64,000 nt of DNA from Haliotis rufescens (GCF_023055435.1 NW_025964013.1:3534001-3598000), one strand, 5' to 3'; shown: positions 25,386 to 40,100, numbered from the stretch's first letter. Numbers and translations are program-made. Notes: a model not told the origin generated them from the letters alone.

Positions 25386-28310
25386 CACAGCTAAAGTTAC
25401 ATAAGCAATGTCTATAGGCCCTGGATGTGCCCCTAATATATAGACAAAGCAAAGTATTTATGATGTCAAAATACTCTTTTTTTATTCGAATTACTTTCCC
25501 TCCTCCAGGAGTTCATCATCCATCCATCACCCAATCATCTATCCATCATGTAATCACCCATCCATCCATCAATCTATATTAATATATCTGTAGCTATATA
25601 TTTATGTGCACATAATTTGTTTGCATTTTGTCCAATTTAAGTTCCATTTCTACTTGTTACTCACAGCGTGCACTGTCAATAATACACAATATTTGATAGA
25701 GCCGGTGATAGAATCACGCTCAATAATGCAGCTTTTTCGTATGCATGTACATGTATATGCAGCTCAAAGAAACTGGTAACACAAACTGCACACTGATACA
25801 CAAGGAAGCAAAAGAGAATATACCCTTTCCGCGAACACATTTTGTTATCACTGATTTTCAGTGGCCCATTCGTATAATTTCCACAGCTATTTGCCCTATA
25901 TACCAAGTGGAAACTGTTTCGACAGAATCTCTGGGCTGCTTATTTATTCTCTTGCGTTGAAAATTTATATGTACTACAATCAACACAATTTCCTCGATAC
26001 GAAGAGTTAAACGTGTAAGTGGGAAAGGAAAGATATCAAAATGTGATATCCAATATCAACATGCACGTACATGTATATCAAGCGGGTACATATTTAATGT
26101 TTTGTATACCTAGCAACATTATTAATTACATACATCATTTATGGTCCTTGTGTGCGTTTTCAAAATGCCACTGCACTACATAAAATATCAATGATCAACA
26201 ATATGCAAAGATTGTTTTTATTTTTCGGACATATGTATTCAAGTGAAGGACGAAGTGATAATAAAAGCTGCGACAGTCCACACAAAGTTTCCGCGTTTTC
26301 CCGTATCGAGTCAAGTCATGTGAAAAATACGTGTACCAGTGACCCACATCATTGAATTGTTTTGAACCTTTCTGCATAATATATATCACGGTCAAATTGT
26401 ATAAGCACTGACAAATAGTCTCTATGAAAGCTAGCATTATAACCTGAATGTCAAACATTAACCTCATCGGACAATCTCGACATGATTGGAACTAACAACC
26501 TACTTCCTGCAAATAACACGTGACCCTCACAGATAGATGGCTAGCTGACCCAACGTACAATTAGTATTAATATTTCACAGTGTTTAACTTGAATCCTGTT
26601 TAAACCTTGCCCAATTGCCACTGAACAAGAGGCACCATATCTAAGTAGTCAGAAATGTATTAACATACCATACATATTGGTGTCACAGGAACTTTTGTTG
26701 TTGAGTATATATTTTTTCAGATATATATGAAAGCGATAGAAAGGTTATATCATGATATGTACCAGTTCTTGAATAGGTTCTGTACATATTAAAGTTAGTT
26801 TTCAATGCCTTGTTTTCAAGTAAATGGTCAATTAATCCAATTAACTATGCCTTAGCTATTCCTCCAGGATATACGCACATCTACAGACACTTCACTGTCA
26901 TTATGACACAGTGATGACAATGATATGGTTTTGTGAGTATCAGGCAAGAAGAATGTATCCCCCTGTACAAGTCATCAATAAAGCTTTTAAATTATCATTG
27001 GCTAATAGCAGATGTCATTTTGTGATTAATATGTTAACATTTGCTTGATTAGTCTTTGTATCGTGTCAGCGTACCCCGACGGCGTGGATTGCTGTTGACA
27101 GGGTAACCTCCCCAAACCCCTACATCCCATTACCCTACAGCTTAAGACAACAAAGTTCACGGTCCATGGCAGTGCTAATCCCCAGTCTGTTACCTATTTC
27201 AAACAATGGAACAACCCATGAAACACGAATAGATTGCGATAAATATTTAATTACGATTACGATATTATTCAAAATTCATAATACATTATAATAAAGTGTT
27301 CATTTTTCAAAATTCATAATACATTATAACAAAATGTTCATTTTTCAAAATTCGTAATATCAATCACTGTATTGTCAGGTACCAGTCGCCGTCATGCAGC
27401 TAAGGGTATTGTGCGGAGTCATATAACATTTAAAAGCAAATATTATAGTTGTTGATGTTATTGTTGTGTTAGTCTACGTCACTATCACCGATCGGCGAAC
27501 GGTGTCGTGTAACGGTAGTTACGTCATCTGAGATAGCACCTCCGTCCTGAATATAATCTCCTTGTGGCCGGATGCCAAAACGGATATCACGATGCTTGGT
27601 GAGGCTCTGTTGAGTGAGTGAGAAGTGCTACAGCCTCTTTCAACAGTATTTTAGTCCTATTACAGGAGTGTAATGTTTGAGGATGTGCGATGCACATCGT
27701 AGACGTTTACGACTTTTGGTTGAACTAGGATAAAGCGATGGCATGTCGAATTGAGAATTCAAACCCAGGACTAGCGGATCCTGGCACGAATAAGAGAAGC
27801 AACTCTTACATGGCAGATCCATACGGACAACTGATTCATGTAATGCACTATTTGTCATGGCTGAATCCATTTCTACATCGTGATGTTATCGACAGCATCT
27901 AGGCTCTCATTTTCGAATTGCTATATTTTTTATACTGTTCTCGCACGTCTCGTGTTACCGTGATATGTCGCATTCACACACCAGGAAGTCGAAACACATG
28001 ATAGTGTCAATATGCTAGAGACGAAGGTGAGTATACAGCGCCACACACTTAGTTAACCACTTAAAATATGCGAAACGTACTCAAAACATTTTCCATTTAA
28101 TCAAATGCATAACAACATAAAGTTGCTATGCAAACAGTCTGACATCACGTGACATTGTAGGCAATGGAGTATGGAGGTAAGGCACGCGGCATTCACGTGA
28201 TCACCGATCAGTGCACTAACAAGGAAATATTTCCAACCCCTTATTTAATTTCAGTTTGACATATTTGTTTTGACAGTATCCACCGGTTTATCTTGATCGC
28301 GAGTTCAGTG

Positions 28311-30102
28311 ATGAACAGCACATGGCCATTCGCGCGCTTGTTCATGCAGAGCGCGCTCCACGTGGAACTGGTCCGAACAGGTGAGACAAATACCATGTGC
28401 ATATATGGAATGTGAAAGTGCACTGAATTTATCTTAAGCTTAAATCATTTTAAGATGTAACAACTTAGCACAGATACAACAATAGAAGTATAACACAACA
28501 ACCGTCTTAGGGTCAGGTGTAGCTACACGACATACAGCAGGACAGGTTGTCTGTATGATTATATGGAGTACTGCGCAGGCGCAGAGAATACTTTGCGAAG
28601 AAATGTCGTTATGATTTCCGTCTCAGAACTGGGTGCGAACTGACCGGACCCCAAATACAAAGTAGACGCAATTTATGGATAATATTTCTGGGTACTTGAT
28701 CATCAGCACGAATTAAATGTATTGAACGTAGCGGTATTTTTGATAGCAATAATTCACTTTTAGAATAAGGGGGATAAGACCGTTTAGTTTTTGACACTGG
28801 TTAGTGACAGAATAGAGTGGAAACTCTTCTTGAAATTTAAAGTAAATATTTGTTAACATATGCACCTGTATGGTTTTGTAATCATATGTACATACGGCTT
28901 TTCCTTCGATAACTTCTCAGAATAAGTAAGTGCAACACTTTAGTGTTACAAGAGACAAAAGATTGATCACACATTGCCTAAACACATGTTCTGGATTATG
29001 TTTATTATGAAAAAAACACGAACTACTCTCAATAATGTAGTTTATGCATAACATCTTTCACACATGATCATACTTAACTGCATATTGATCTTTGTTTGCA
29101 GCATCGTATTTAGCCCTGGCGGGAGTTATCGCCCTTCTCCTGTGTCTACTCCTGCTCGCTACTATCAACACATGCCTCATCTGCAGGTATACTTTCAGTA
29201 ATAGGCTGTCTCTCATTTCGTAGTATTAATACTTCTGTGACGTTGTACTATTTGCACGCATAGTACCTGGTGTTTTCTCGTATCTACATTTTCGACAGGA
29301 TTGCATGCGAGTTGGTCTAAGTTAACTGACACTGACGCTCCAGGACCCCGTTCCACAAAGCGACCTTTGCTCTACGATTGTCGTAATTCACTGTTAAAGT
29401 ATGGGACCGACGATGGTCTTAGCACTCTGATCACTTTGCGAAATGAGGCCATGACGATTACCCTTTTGGCACGTCTTAATATAATGGAAGGAGATTACAT
29501 TGCACATCCTACCCATAATTAATTTGTATATATTGAAAGTTTGCACTCCTAACTTTAAACATAGAATGTTATTCATTGATAAAATCTTTACATAATATTG
29601 CAAATGTTAATTATATTATTCGCTGTTTTGTATGCATTTCATACGGCATTTGCCCTTACTGACAACGCGTCAAGGACGAAGTAATTCAAATATGTTTCCT
29701 TGTCGTTTAAGAAACCCAAGCGAAAAACGACCATCTCCATACATCGAATCCATGACAGATGACCCCAGAGCAGCGGGTCAATGTTCACCATATCATATGA
29801 CACACCTACATGCACAGCGTGACGGCTCTGCAAAACCTGCTAGAAAATCCTCTGGAAGCGGGGGATACGCCAAGCCCTTCCACCCTGGCCGAGGAGTCAG
29901 TCTGAGCAAACACTATGTGACAGTAGACATAGAGCCTAACAATGGGCACGGTTCTGCACCGATGACAGATGTTGGCCATCAATGCAGCACATGGTACGAC
30001 ACTGACATTGTCGTTCTTAGGAGTCCTCAAAACTCTTGCTTGAGAGACAATGGGCGCTACTCGTGTAACGCCACAGACCCTTTGAATTCACTGATTTTCT
30101 GA
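28311..30102 (+). CDS. Short-ectodomain TM protein with juxtamembrane CxxC and tyrosine-rich tail (adaptor-like), about 181 aa
   Basis: Exons 28311-28380 (MNSTWPFARLFMQSALHVELVRT, less certain), TM 29102-29186 (SYLALAGVIALLLCLLLLATINTCLICR, phase 1 to 2), tail 29712-30102 (SPYIES, SPYHMT, GGYAKP, HYVTV, WYDTD). AATAAA at about 30223. Confidence 0.6.
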
Positions 30103-30833
30103 GACTTTAACAGATGGGATCAGAGACTGAATTCGTTAATGTATCAATTCTGATGTTCCAGCTTTAGATAAGCAGCAAAGAATGCCATGTATATATGCAT
30201 ATTGCTCATTTGAGTTTTCCTGAATAAAACTTTTTTATTAATTCTTTTATTCTATATATTCCCATCATGCACCGGTGTGCTGTTGCACTACTAGGTCATA
30301 TTAGACATGCATCAACTGACAACAGATGGGTTGAGAACAAATATGGCAAACACGTTTTGAAGCAAAATGCATCATTCAAAGTCACGTACATGTCTCTCTA
30401 ACACATCTTGTATTCCATTCACTATTGTGCCTTGTGAACGCAGCGGCGTCGGCAGATAATCAAATTTTATTATTCCCCAGGGTAGACGTTATATATTTTA
30501 CACATCGTCCGTTGTTGGTGTTAATTTGAGCCCTGGGGTATGTTCAAAAGTAGACAGCGACGTGCTCCAGCATCTAGTGTCGTCTTTGTTAAGTTATGAA
30601 GGGGTTTATTTGTCATATATAATTTCGTGTTGAATACTGTTTCAATTTCGTATCGGTAACATTAACGTGACGGGTAATTGAGTACAAACATTTCAAAGAC
30701 ATCCGTCTATTAAGTCAAGCAAATGGCTTTATGTATCATCATAAGCTTGTGTCAAAACAGGAAATATTTAATACATTTAATAGCATAGCCTATATAGGCT
30801 TGACTACATATTGGTTGTCAGTGTTGATCCTAG

Positions 30834-31999
30834 TGGAGTATGTGATGGACACCACGTGCCTGTCTACATCTGCAGTGGGGCTGGTTGGTGTGGCTCTCAT
30901 CGTGTTTCTACTTTTAAGAAGGTAGGAAACTCATGGTAATTTGGTCGTTACTTTCCCACATTATTCACCAGCAGTGTTTGTGATCAATCAAATTAATGCA
31001 ATACATAACACATAAATCAATTGTGAAATATAATGCCTGTGTTTGTCTGACCATTTGAAAATATATGACTTTGTGTTAATCATTTGTCCACAAGACTAAC
31101 GATGCCATTATATTGTATGATAACACAATGCAGTGATGACAATAATCAGACATCTGAAATCAGTGAAACTGCCTAACTTCCTTGTCGCCCTGTGACGCAC
31201 CGACCTAGACACGATCCTCTTCCTTGTACTCACATGGCCGAATCACAAGAGTAGTTTCAGTAAACGTTCATTTCCGTTCCCAGATGTATGGTTGTAATAC
31301 TAGTAATACTCACCCTCAAGTACACACTAGACTATCCTCAAAGTGTATCCTATATGACATACTATATGTGTCTAACTCATGTCATTAGTTTTAAACGTTG
31401 TTAATATTGTTCCGTAATACATATCTTACTATACCACAAAGCAGCTGCTCAGTTGTAAGGAGTCGATGTGATGCAAAACTTAAACGTTTACCACTTTGGT
31501 GAAACCTATCAAACCAGATAAAGTGCTACGAAACCTAGAAACATAATCAGGGTAACTGGGTTCTAACCACGATCATATGTTTCTGGCACGCCTAAGTTAC
31601 GCCATTCTGCATAACGAATTTCTCATTGCTCACATAAAGGCCTTTCCCTGTAACTCATGCATATATTTCCCTTTGTCATTACACATTTAATTTCACCAAA
31701 TCTTTGAGTAACCTGTGTGATTTTCCTTTAGATTTCACCGGCTCATACAAGCCACACTGCGGATCGAACTGTCGAAGTTCCTGCAACCAGACAGCAGACA
31801 TAACGATATTGAAACAACCCCGACCAGTCGGGTCAAATCTGGGGGTGCACTGAGGACTTACCCCTTGACCCCTGGGATGTGCACTGGATGCCTGGCGGGT
31901 GGAGGGTACATTCGGATGGACACAGACAACATGTCGGATACATCTCATGAAGAAAATGTAACTTACAACGAATATGGCTGCACCTCTGTAACAGTGTAA
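30834..31999 (+). CDS. Orphan TM exon plus cytoplasmic tail exon (5' part not found)
   Basis: TM exon 30834-30921 (EYVMDTTCLSTSAVGLVGVALIVFLLLRR, phase 1 to 2) splices in frame to the open exon 31732-31999 (FHRLIQATLRIELSKFL...GGGYIRMDTD...VTYNEYGCTSVTV*). Confidence 0.6.
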
Positions 32000-32506
32000 T
32001 GTTTAGTTACAATGACTTGCTCACACTAATAGTCATACACATTTAGTTACCCCTCTCGGAGCAGGATCGCGCAACAAAACGAAGAGAGAGTTAGACAGAG
32101 TTACCTCTCTCTGAGAAGGAACGCACAACAAAACGAAAACAGAGTGGAGTTTCGTATTCAAATAGAATATATTAATGGACATTACAAAAACACCTCTTGA
32201 ATAAACAATATACAAAGTCTGTTTGGTTGTAGATCATTGTTGCAAACATGAAACTGTTGCATTTGTGAAAGTCAGTAAAATGATAACGTGTCTGATATGC
32301 TTGAAGGACTCTCATCTTTTAGAAATGACACACATTGATACCTGTCAGCTTTGACACAAACGCGTCAACAAAGGCAAATAGTTCCTGCACACAGATATGA
32401 GGTATACATATAAGGGATAAAACATAACTGCTAGCAACGACGGGTTCTCTTTAACTGTGACACATATCACTTCACACACTAACCAACATAATGCCTCTTA
32501 CAACAA

Positions 32507-32668
32507 GGGGCGGTCGGGTAGCCTAGTGGTTAAAGCGTTCGCTCGTCACGCCGAAGACCCGGGTTCGATTCCCGACATGGGTGCAATGTGTGAAGCCCAT
32601 TTCTGGTGTCCCCCGCGTGATATTGCTGGAATATTGCTAAAAGCGGCGTAAAACCCCACTCACTCACT
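32507..32668 (+). mobile_element. SINE family 1
   Basis: Near-consensus copy. Flanking repeat TTACAACAA. Confidence 0.9.
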
Positions 32669-33744
32669 CTATTACAACAATTGCCGTGAGAATGTACGCT
32701 GTGTCACAAACTTCGTTTTTAATCGATTTTATGTGAGAATGTGTATATTTTGCATCATATTCATCAAAAATCGTCATCTTTGTAGAAACGTAAATGTCAT
32801 ATTACATCACATGCAGCACTATGTATAGTGAAGGGGTATACATTTATATTTGTTTACGTTTGATAGCCACTTAACGTGAAACGTGACACCCACGTAATAG
32901 GGTACCATGTTCGATCATATCGATGTGCATATCTAAAGTCGAAAGTGTGTGTCACTACACTCAGACAATGGAAGCAATGACGAAAGGAAACGGTCAGCTA
33001 GTCACACAGATACACGTTGTGCATAAAATCCTGACTCACTGGGTATATCCAGACATTGGACTTTCGTACATACGACTGTCGATTCACGTTCTACATATGT
33101 GCGAAATTCTACAAAATATGCACAAGAAAATGTGATGCTTCACATAGCCAAAGTGTTAGGGTCCATCGAACAAACCACCGCACATAAACATCGAAAGCGG
33201 CTTTGCCCTTCATGTTAAAGCCAACCACTTAGCACTAAATCCTATTTAAGGTTTTGATTGAATAAATTATATTGATAATATATTTATTCTGTTGCGATTC
33301 ACATTCAAAACGTAATTTGAACTTGCAAAATCAAGTTTAATTCTGAGTGCTGTTTAGATCGGTTAAAACAGTGACACGGTGGGCGCTGGCAGGTAAACCC
33401 TACTTGATATATTGTCAATAAATAAGTACAAAAACAAATATCAACATCTCAAAATACATATTTACACGATAAACCAGAACACGCACATGTTACATATTGG
33501 CATGGTCACGGAGACTAATAATGTGGCACAGAATACTATGAGCAATTCCATCCTGGGTGTGGTTTCGGCATATAGTCGACACCGGAGACTGTATATGTAC
33601 ACGTCTAAGGCATTATGTGTGTCCGGTTACAGCGTCAGTGAAATTGCGGTATTGATACCCGTCAGTACAGAAGTCAACAATGTATGGACCTTTAACAGAT
33701 TTCCTGGATTCAGCATCCTATGCTTGTCTCCCCAACTGAAGCTC

Positions 33745-33990
33745 TGATTGAGAACTGGTCTTCAGCAAACCACGCTTGTTGTAAAAGGCGACTATGCTTG
33801 TCGTAAGAGGCGACTAACTGGATCGGGTGATCAGACTCACTGATATGGTTGATGCATGTCATCGCATCCAAATTACGCAGATCGATGCCTTTTCTGTTAA
33901 TCCCTAGATTGCCTGGTCCAGACTCGATATTTTACAGACCGCCGTCATTTAATTGGGATATCCCTACGTTCGGCGTTATGCAACACAGAA
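33745..33990 (+). mobile_element. SINE family 3
   Basis: Core and tail match the family. Confidence 0.8.
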
Positions 33991-34163
33991 ACATTCTTTT
34001 CAGCTGCATGACGGGTGCCGTGTCATATATTAGAGAGTCGTATAGGCCATGTATCATTCGTCTTGCTTATTTCAGGACGCGATCCTGTGGTATATCTTTA
34101 AAAGCATGTTTTGTATGCAAGGTAAATATTTCTTGCTGAATTTTTCATGCCACTAATATATTG

Positions 34164-37100
34164 TCACATATCCCGTGACTCATCCTCCTTGTTACACTCC
34201 CCTTCGCCGTCCACACGTATCAACGATCTCTCCTCCATGTCCATCACGTGATCGTCCCGTCCATTCGGACACGGGTTATCTCCCCCTGGTGGTTCCTGCC
34301 TGCCGCACCCAGCAGCCACCTCGGCCGGGTCCTCGTCTGCCCTGTTCTCTGGTCGTACGTCTCCCTGACCCTGTCGGTCGGTGTAGGCTGCGTTCATGGC
34401 CTGAATAATGTCACTGCTTGATGACCAAGGTTCACAATACGTACCATTAAACCCTTGTTGTTTAGGGGGTTTAGGAAAGTTCCAGTTTTCCACGTTTTGG
34501 GCCTTTCCAGACATGTACGAGTCATTTGCGTTGTCTTTTGAGGCACTGTTTTGTCTTCCAATGATAACATGTGTTTCTGATGTGAGTCGTCTGCTCCTAC
34601 GACGCATGCGCATATGGTCTAGAGTCAACTCCTGCTGGATGATCCTCCGCGTCATCTTCTGTATCCTGCAGGAATACATGACACCGTTTAAGGCATGCAA
34701 GAAGAGTGCTATTTTGTGTAATCTATATAATGTACACAGTATAATGACATGTACAACCTGATACCAAATACATTTTTTCATGAATCAGTTACTGTTGTAA
34801 ACACGGTTCATCGAAAGTTGCTTGAGATATGTATGTACACGTTAATGCCATTCCAGTTAAGCGACAAGGCTTGTCATAAAATAGGACTGGGAATTAAACA
34901 CACGCATGCCCAGTGATGAAAGCGGCACACTGTGTAACAGTGAAACCATGCTCATTCACTCATGCATTTGTTTTAAATAATCTATGTTATTATAATTTCA
35001 AGAAATGCATGTTTAAAATGATCTTCATCAAACAGACGAACAAATTGTAACCGAGCAAATATGTTATTGACTACACACTACACAGTAAAATATTACCTGT
35101 CCAACCAACTATCTTATTACCTACACGATACAATATTACCTGTCCAACCAACTATGTTATTACCTACACATTATAATATTAGCAAATATGTTATTGACTA
35201 CACACTTCACAGTACAATATTACCTGTCCAACCAACTGTGTTATTAACTACACAGTACAATATTACCTGTCAAACCAACTATCTTATTACCTACATAGTA
35301 CAATATTAACCGTCCATCCAACTATGTTATTACCTACACATTAGAATATTACCTGTCCAACCAACTCTGTTATTAACTACACACTACACAGTACAATATT
35401 ACCTGTCCAACCAACTATGTTATTACCTCTTCAGTGCAATATTACCTGTCCAACCAACTATGTCATCTCATTACCTACACACTACAATATTACCTTCCAA
35501 CCAACTATGTTATTAACTACACGCTACACAGTACAATATTACCCGTCTATCCAATTATGTTATTATCCACACACTACACAATACAATATTACCTGTCAAA
35601 CCAACTATGCCATTACTTACAGACTTCAATATTACCTGTCTAACCAACTATGTCAATACCTACACACTACAACTGTCCACAGACAACTGCTGACTTTACA
35701 CTCTAACATTACCTGTCCAACCAACTGTTATTATCTACACACTGTGAACTACAATATTACCTGTCCAACCAACTGTTATTATCTACGCACTGTGAACTAC
35801 AATATTACCTGTCCAACCAACTGTTATTATCTACGCACTGTGAACTACAATATTACCTGTCCAACCGCTACTATGTTTTTTACTACACACTACACAGTAC
35901 AATATTACCTGTCCAACCGCTACTATGTTTTTAACTACACACTACACAGTACAATATTACCTGTCCAACCGCTACTATGTTTTTAACTACACACTACACA
36001 GTACAATATTACCTGTCCAACCGCTACTATGTTTTTAACTACACACTACACAGTACAATATTACCTGTCCAACCGCTACTATGTTTTTAACTACACACTA
36101 CACAGTGCAATATTACCTGTCCAACCGCTACTATGTTTTTAACTACACACTACACAGTACAATATTACCTGTCCAACCGCTACTATGTTTTTAACTACAC
36201 ACTACACAGTGCAATATTACCTGTCCAACCGCTACTATGTTTTTAACTACACACTACACAGTGCAATATTACCTGTCCAACCGCTACTATGTTTTTAACT
36301 ACACACTACACAGTGCAATATTACCTGTCCAACCGCTACTATGTTTTTAACTACACAGTACAATATTACCTGTCCAACCGCTACTATGTTTTTAACTACA
36401 CAGTGCAATATTACCTGTCCAACCGCTACTATGTTTTTAACTACACAGTGCAATATTACCTGTCCAACCGCTACTATGTTTTTAACTACACACTACACAG
36501 TACAATATTACCTGTCCAACCGCTACTATGTTTTTAACTACACACTACACAGTACAATATTACCTGTCCAACCGCTACTATGTTTTTAACTACACACTAC
36601 ACAGTACAATATTACCTGTCCAACCGCTACTATGTTTTTAACTACACACTACACAGTACAATATTACCTGTCCAACCGCTACTATGTTTTTAACTACACA
36701 CTACACAGTACAATATTACCTGTCCAACCGCTACTATGTTTTTAACTACACACTACACAGTACAATATTACCTGTCCAACCGCTACTATGTTTTTAACTA
36801 CACACTACACAGTACAATATTACCTGTCCAACCGCTACTATGTTTTTAACTACACACTACACAGTACAATATTACCTGTCCAACCGCTACTATGTTTTTA
36901 ACTACACACTACACAGTACAATATTACCTGTCCAACCGCTACTATGTTTTTAACTACACACTACACAGTACAATATTACCTGTCCAACCGCTACTATGTT
37001 TTTAACTACACACTACACAGTACAATATTACCTGTCCAACCGCTACTATGTTTTTAACTACACACTACACAGTACAATATTACCTGTCCAACCGCTACTA

Positions 37101-40100
37101 TGTTTTTAACTACACACTACACAGTACAATATTACCTGTCCAACCGCTACTATGTTTTTAACTACACACTACACAGTGCAATATTACCTGTCCAACCGCT
37201 ACTATGTTTTTAACTACACACTACACAGTGCAATATTACCTGTCCAACCGCTACTATGTTTTTAACTACACACTACACAGTACAATATTACCTGTCCAAC
37301 CGCTACTATGTTTTTAACTACACACTACACAGTACAATATTACCTGTCCAACCGCTACTATGTTTTTAACTACACACTACACAGTACAATATTACCTGTC
37401 CAACCGCTACTATGTTTTTAACTACACACTACACAGTACAATATTACCTGTCCAACCGCTACTATGTTTTTAACTACACACTACACAGTACAATATTACC
37501 TGTCCAACCGCTACTATGTTTTTAACTACACACTACACAGTACAATATTACCTGTCCAACCGCTACTATGTTATTAACTACACACTACACAGTACAATAT
37601 TACCTGTCCAACCGCTACTATGTTTTTAACTACACACTACACAGTACAATATTACCTGTCCAACCGCTACTATGTTTTTAACTACACACTACACAGTACA
37701 ATATTACCTGTCCAACCGCTACTATGTTTTTAACTACACACTACACAGTACAATATTACCTGTCCAACCGCTACTATGTTTTTAACTACACACTACACAG
37801 TACAATATTACCTGTCCAACCGCTACTATGTTTTTAACTACACACTACACAGTACAATATTACCTGTCCAACCGCTACTATGTTTTTAACTACACACTAC
37901 ACAGTACAATATTACCTGTCCAACCGCTACTATGTTTTTAACTACACACTACACAGTACAATATTACCTGTCCACCAGCTACTATGTTTTTAACTACACA
38001 CTACACAGTACAATATTACCTGTCCACCAGGAAACATCCACTGGCCAGTCCCACGAACAACACAAAGCCACAAACGCCAATGCTTGTACCCAAAATCAAC
38101 CGGTCTGCAATTGGAATACATAACAATCATGGGAATCACATCATTTAATGTTTCAGAATTAGAATACAATTAACTAAACTCATTTATGTGTGCATATAAA
38201 ACGTGAACGCCAAGACAACAGTCGTAATCATTGCACAAAAAGGCCAAGGGAAATTACATGCACGGACCACTGAAAATGACTGACGACAGCAGGTGTTATC
38301 GAAAAGGGTAAGCATGTCCCGCGAATGCGTCAAGACCAAACGCCAGGCAAACATTACGTCCAAGGCGTCAACATCTACCCTTACCCCAGCTCTGTTCCGT
38401 CTTTGCTTGATGGACAGCCGCGATGTTTGGAGCATCGTAGTCCACATTGACAGCCGATGAATCTGAAACTGGTCCATAATAGGGAAATATCAGTCACATA
38501 TATCTATTATTATTTGAAGAGACGTGTGGTCCATATGTCTATGGATCATCAATACTATTTTTGCTAAAGAATATGATCTTGGGTATGCATTTGGGATACT
38601 TTTCTGTGTACCATATACATGTAAAATATATTTTTATACACATGTAAAATATTTATCAGAAGACTGACACTTTGCCATTTGACAGTTACTGTCAAAAAAA
38701 AATATGTATTGTAAGTTTGAAGAATGAGCGGATCTATTGTATATTTCACCACATGTCTAAGCTTTCATCAAGCCAGTCTCTAAAACTGATGTGTTCTTTC
38801 CGCCTAATATAAGCATTATAGTGAACGATTATAACCTACCACTTGTTACGTTTGGGTGATTGTCATGTCGTTGTGTGGTGGTGACTGTAACAGCTGAATG
38901 GAGCCGTGGTGCAGCATCGCCTGCAACAATACGATGAATAAGTGAGTGAGTGGGCGAGGGAGGGAGTGGTGCCGTAATGATAGATGATGGCTCAAACATA
39001 CACATCGTCGGTGACGACTACACCGAATCAGCCGACTCAAAACATTGTAAACCTGGATTTCCATTCGTCACACACTGAAAACCTTTTGATCCATATCCCC
39101 ATTTCTAGATGAATTAAATGTGTATATTCCTAACTAAATACTGTTCTCGTTGTTGTTTCTTCGGGAAATTGACTATTGTTATATATAAAATATACTCGTT
39201 CTTTGGGATGGGCAAACGTTTTGAGGAAGACCAAGCTGTGATCCGCCTCCTTTATGTTGTGGCAGCCTGGACAGCGCAAGGTCGGCGGTTCCATCCCCTG
39301 CCGCATCCTTTCGAACGATAGTATGATAGTACTTTTGTGTCTGACATTCGGCATTAAGGGGATCAAACAAGAACCGGTCGATTCTCAGTGGTCAAGCATT
39401 ATATACACTGTATTTGCGGCATATAAGCCTAGTAGAAGCAGACAAACACGAAGCGAAAAGCAGGAATTTAGTCAACAAACCTTTTCTGGACAATACCACA
39501 GTACTGGAGAGTATTGGGTTTGTGTTGACGAGGCATGTGAGCGTGCCAAAATCATTTTTATTGACATTTGTTATCTTCAGTGTCCAGTTCCTCCTTTGTC
39601 CCTTGGAACTTATCGTGTATCGTTTCCTGAGACTCCGTGACCCGAACGCGACGACGCGGGATCTCGGATCAAGCCATAGAACCTGCAAAGTACATCACAA
39701 ATACAGAAAGTGTCACAGAAAGTGTCACAGAAAGTGTCACAGAAAGTGTCATTCCATGAAGGCTCACACAGATACTATCAAATTTAAATGATTGCAAATT
39801 GACGTTTATGATACGACGGATAAATAATGAAGTAAATGAGGTTCTAGACATGAATTTCAATCATTGTACCCGGTTTGGGAATCGAACACGACCCTAGGCG
39901 TGACAGACGAACGAGTTTTAATGTCTTGGTTAAAATAGCGTTGGCTGGATGCAGATACGCTATAGTACCACTGGATGTACGGAGATCTGACATGTTCATT
40001 ACAAACACAACAAGCAACGTTGTTGAATTGGTTTTTTGCTTTTGTAAATTTGGCTTCAAGGACGTAGTCCTGGTAGCTATAGAATTCATTTATACCACAT

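Noticed and set aside
26860-27600. Candidate ectodomain exons for the orphan TM cassettes
   Set aside because: The AG...GT-bounded segments I tested contain stops or no recognisable domain.
29299-29522. ORF after an AG acceptor following the 29102 TM exon
   Set aside because: In the required phase it stops after six codons. The 29712 exon fits better.
35061-38123. Repetitive ORFs (YNITCPT...) and CRISPR-like periodicity
   Set aside because: This is a head-to-tail 52-bp tandem repeat with no unique spacers and no cas genes, in a eukaryotic intron.
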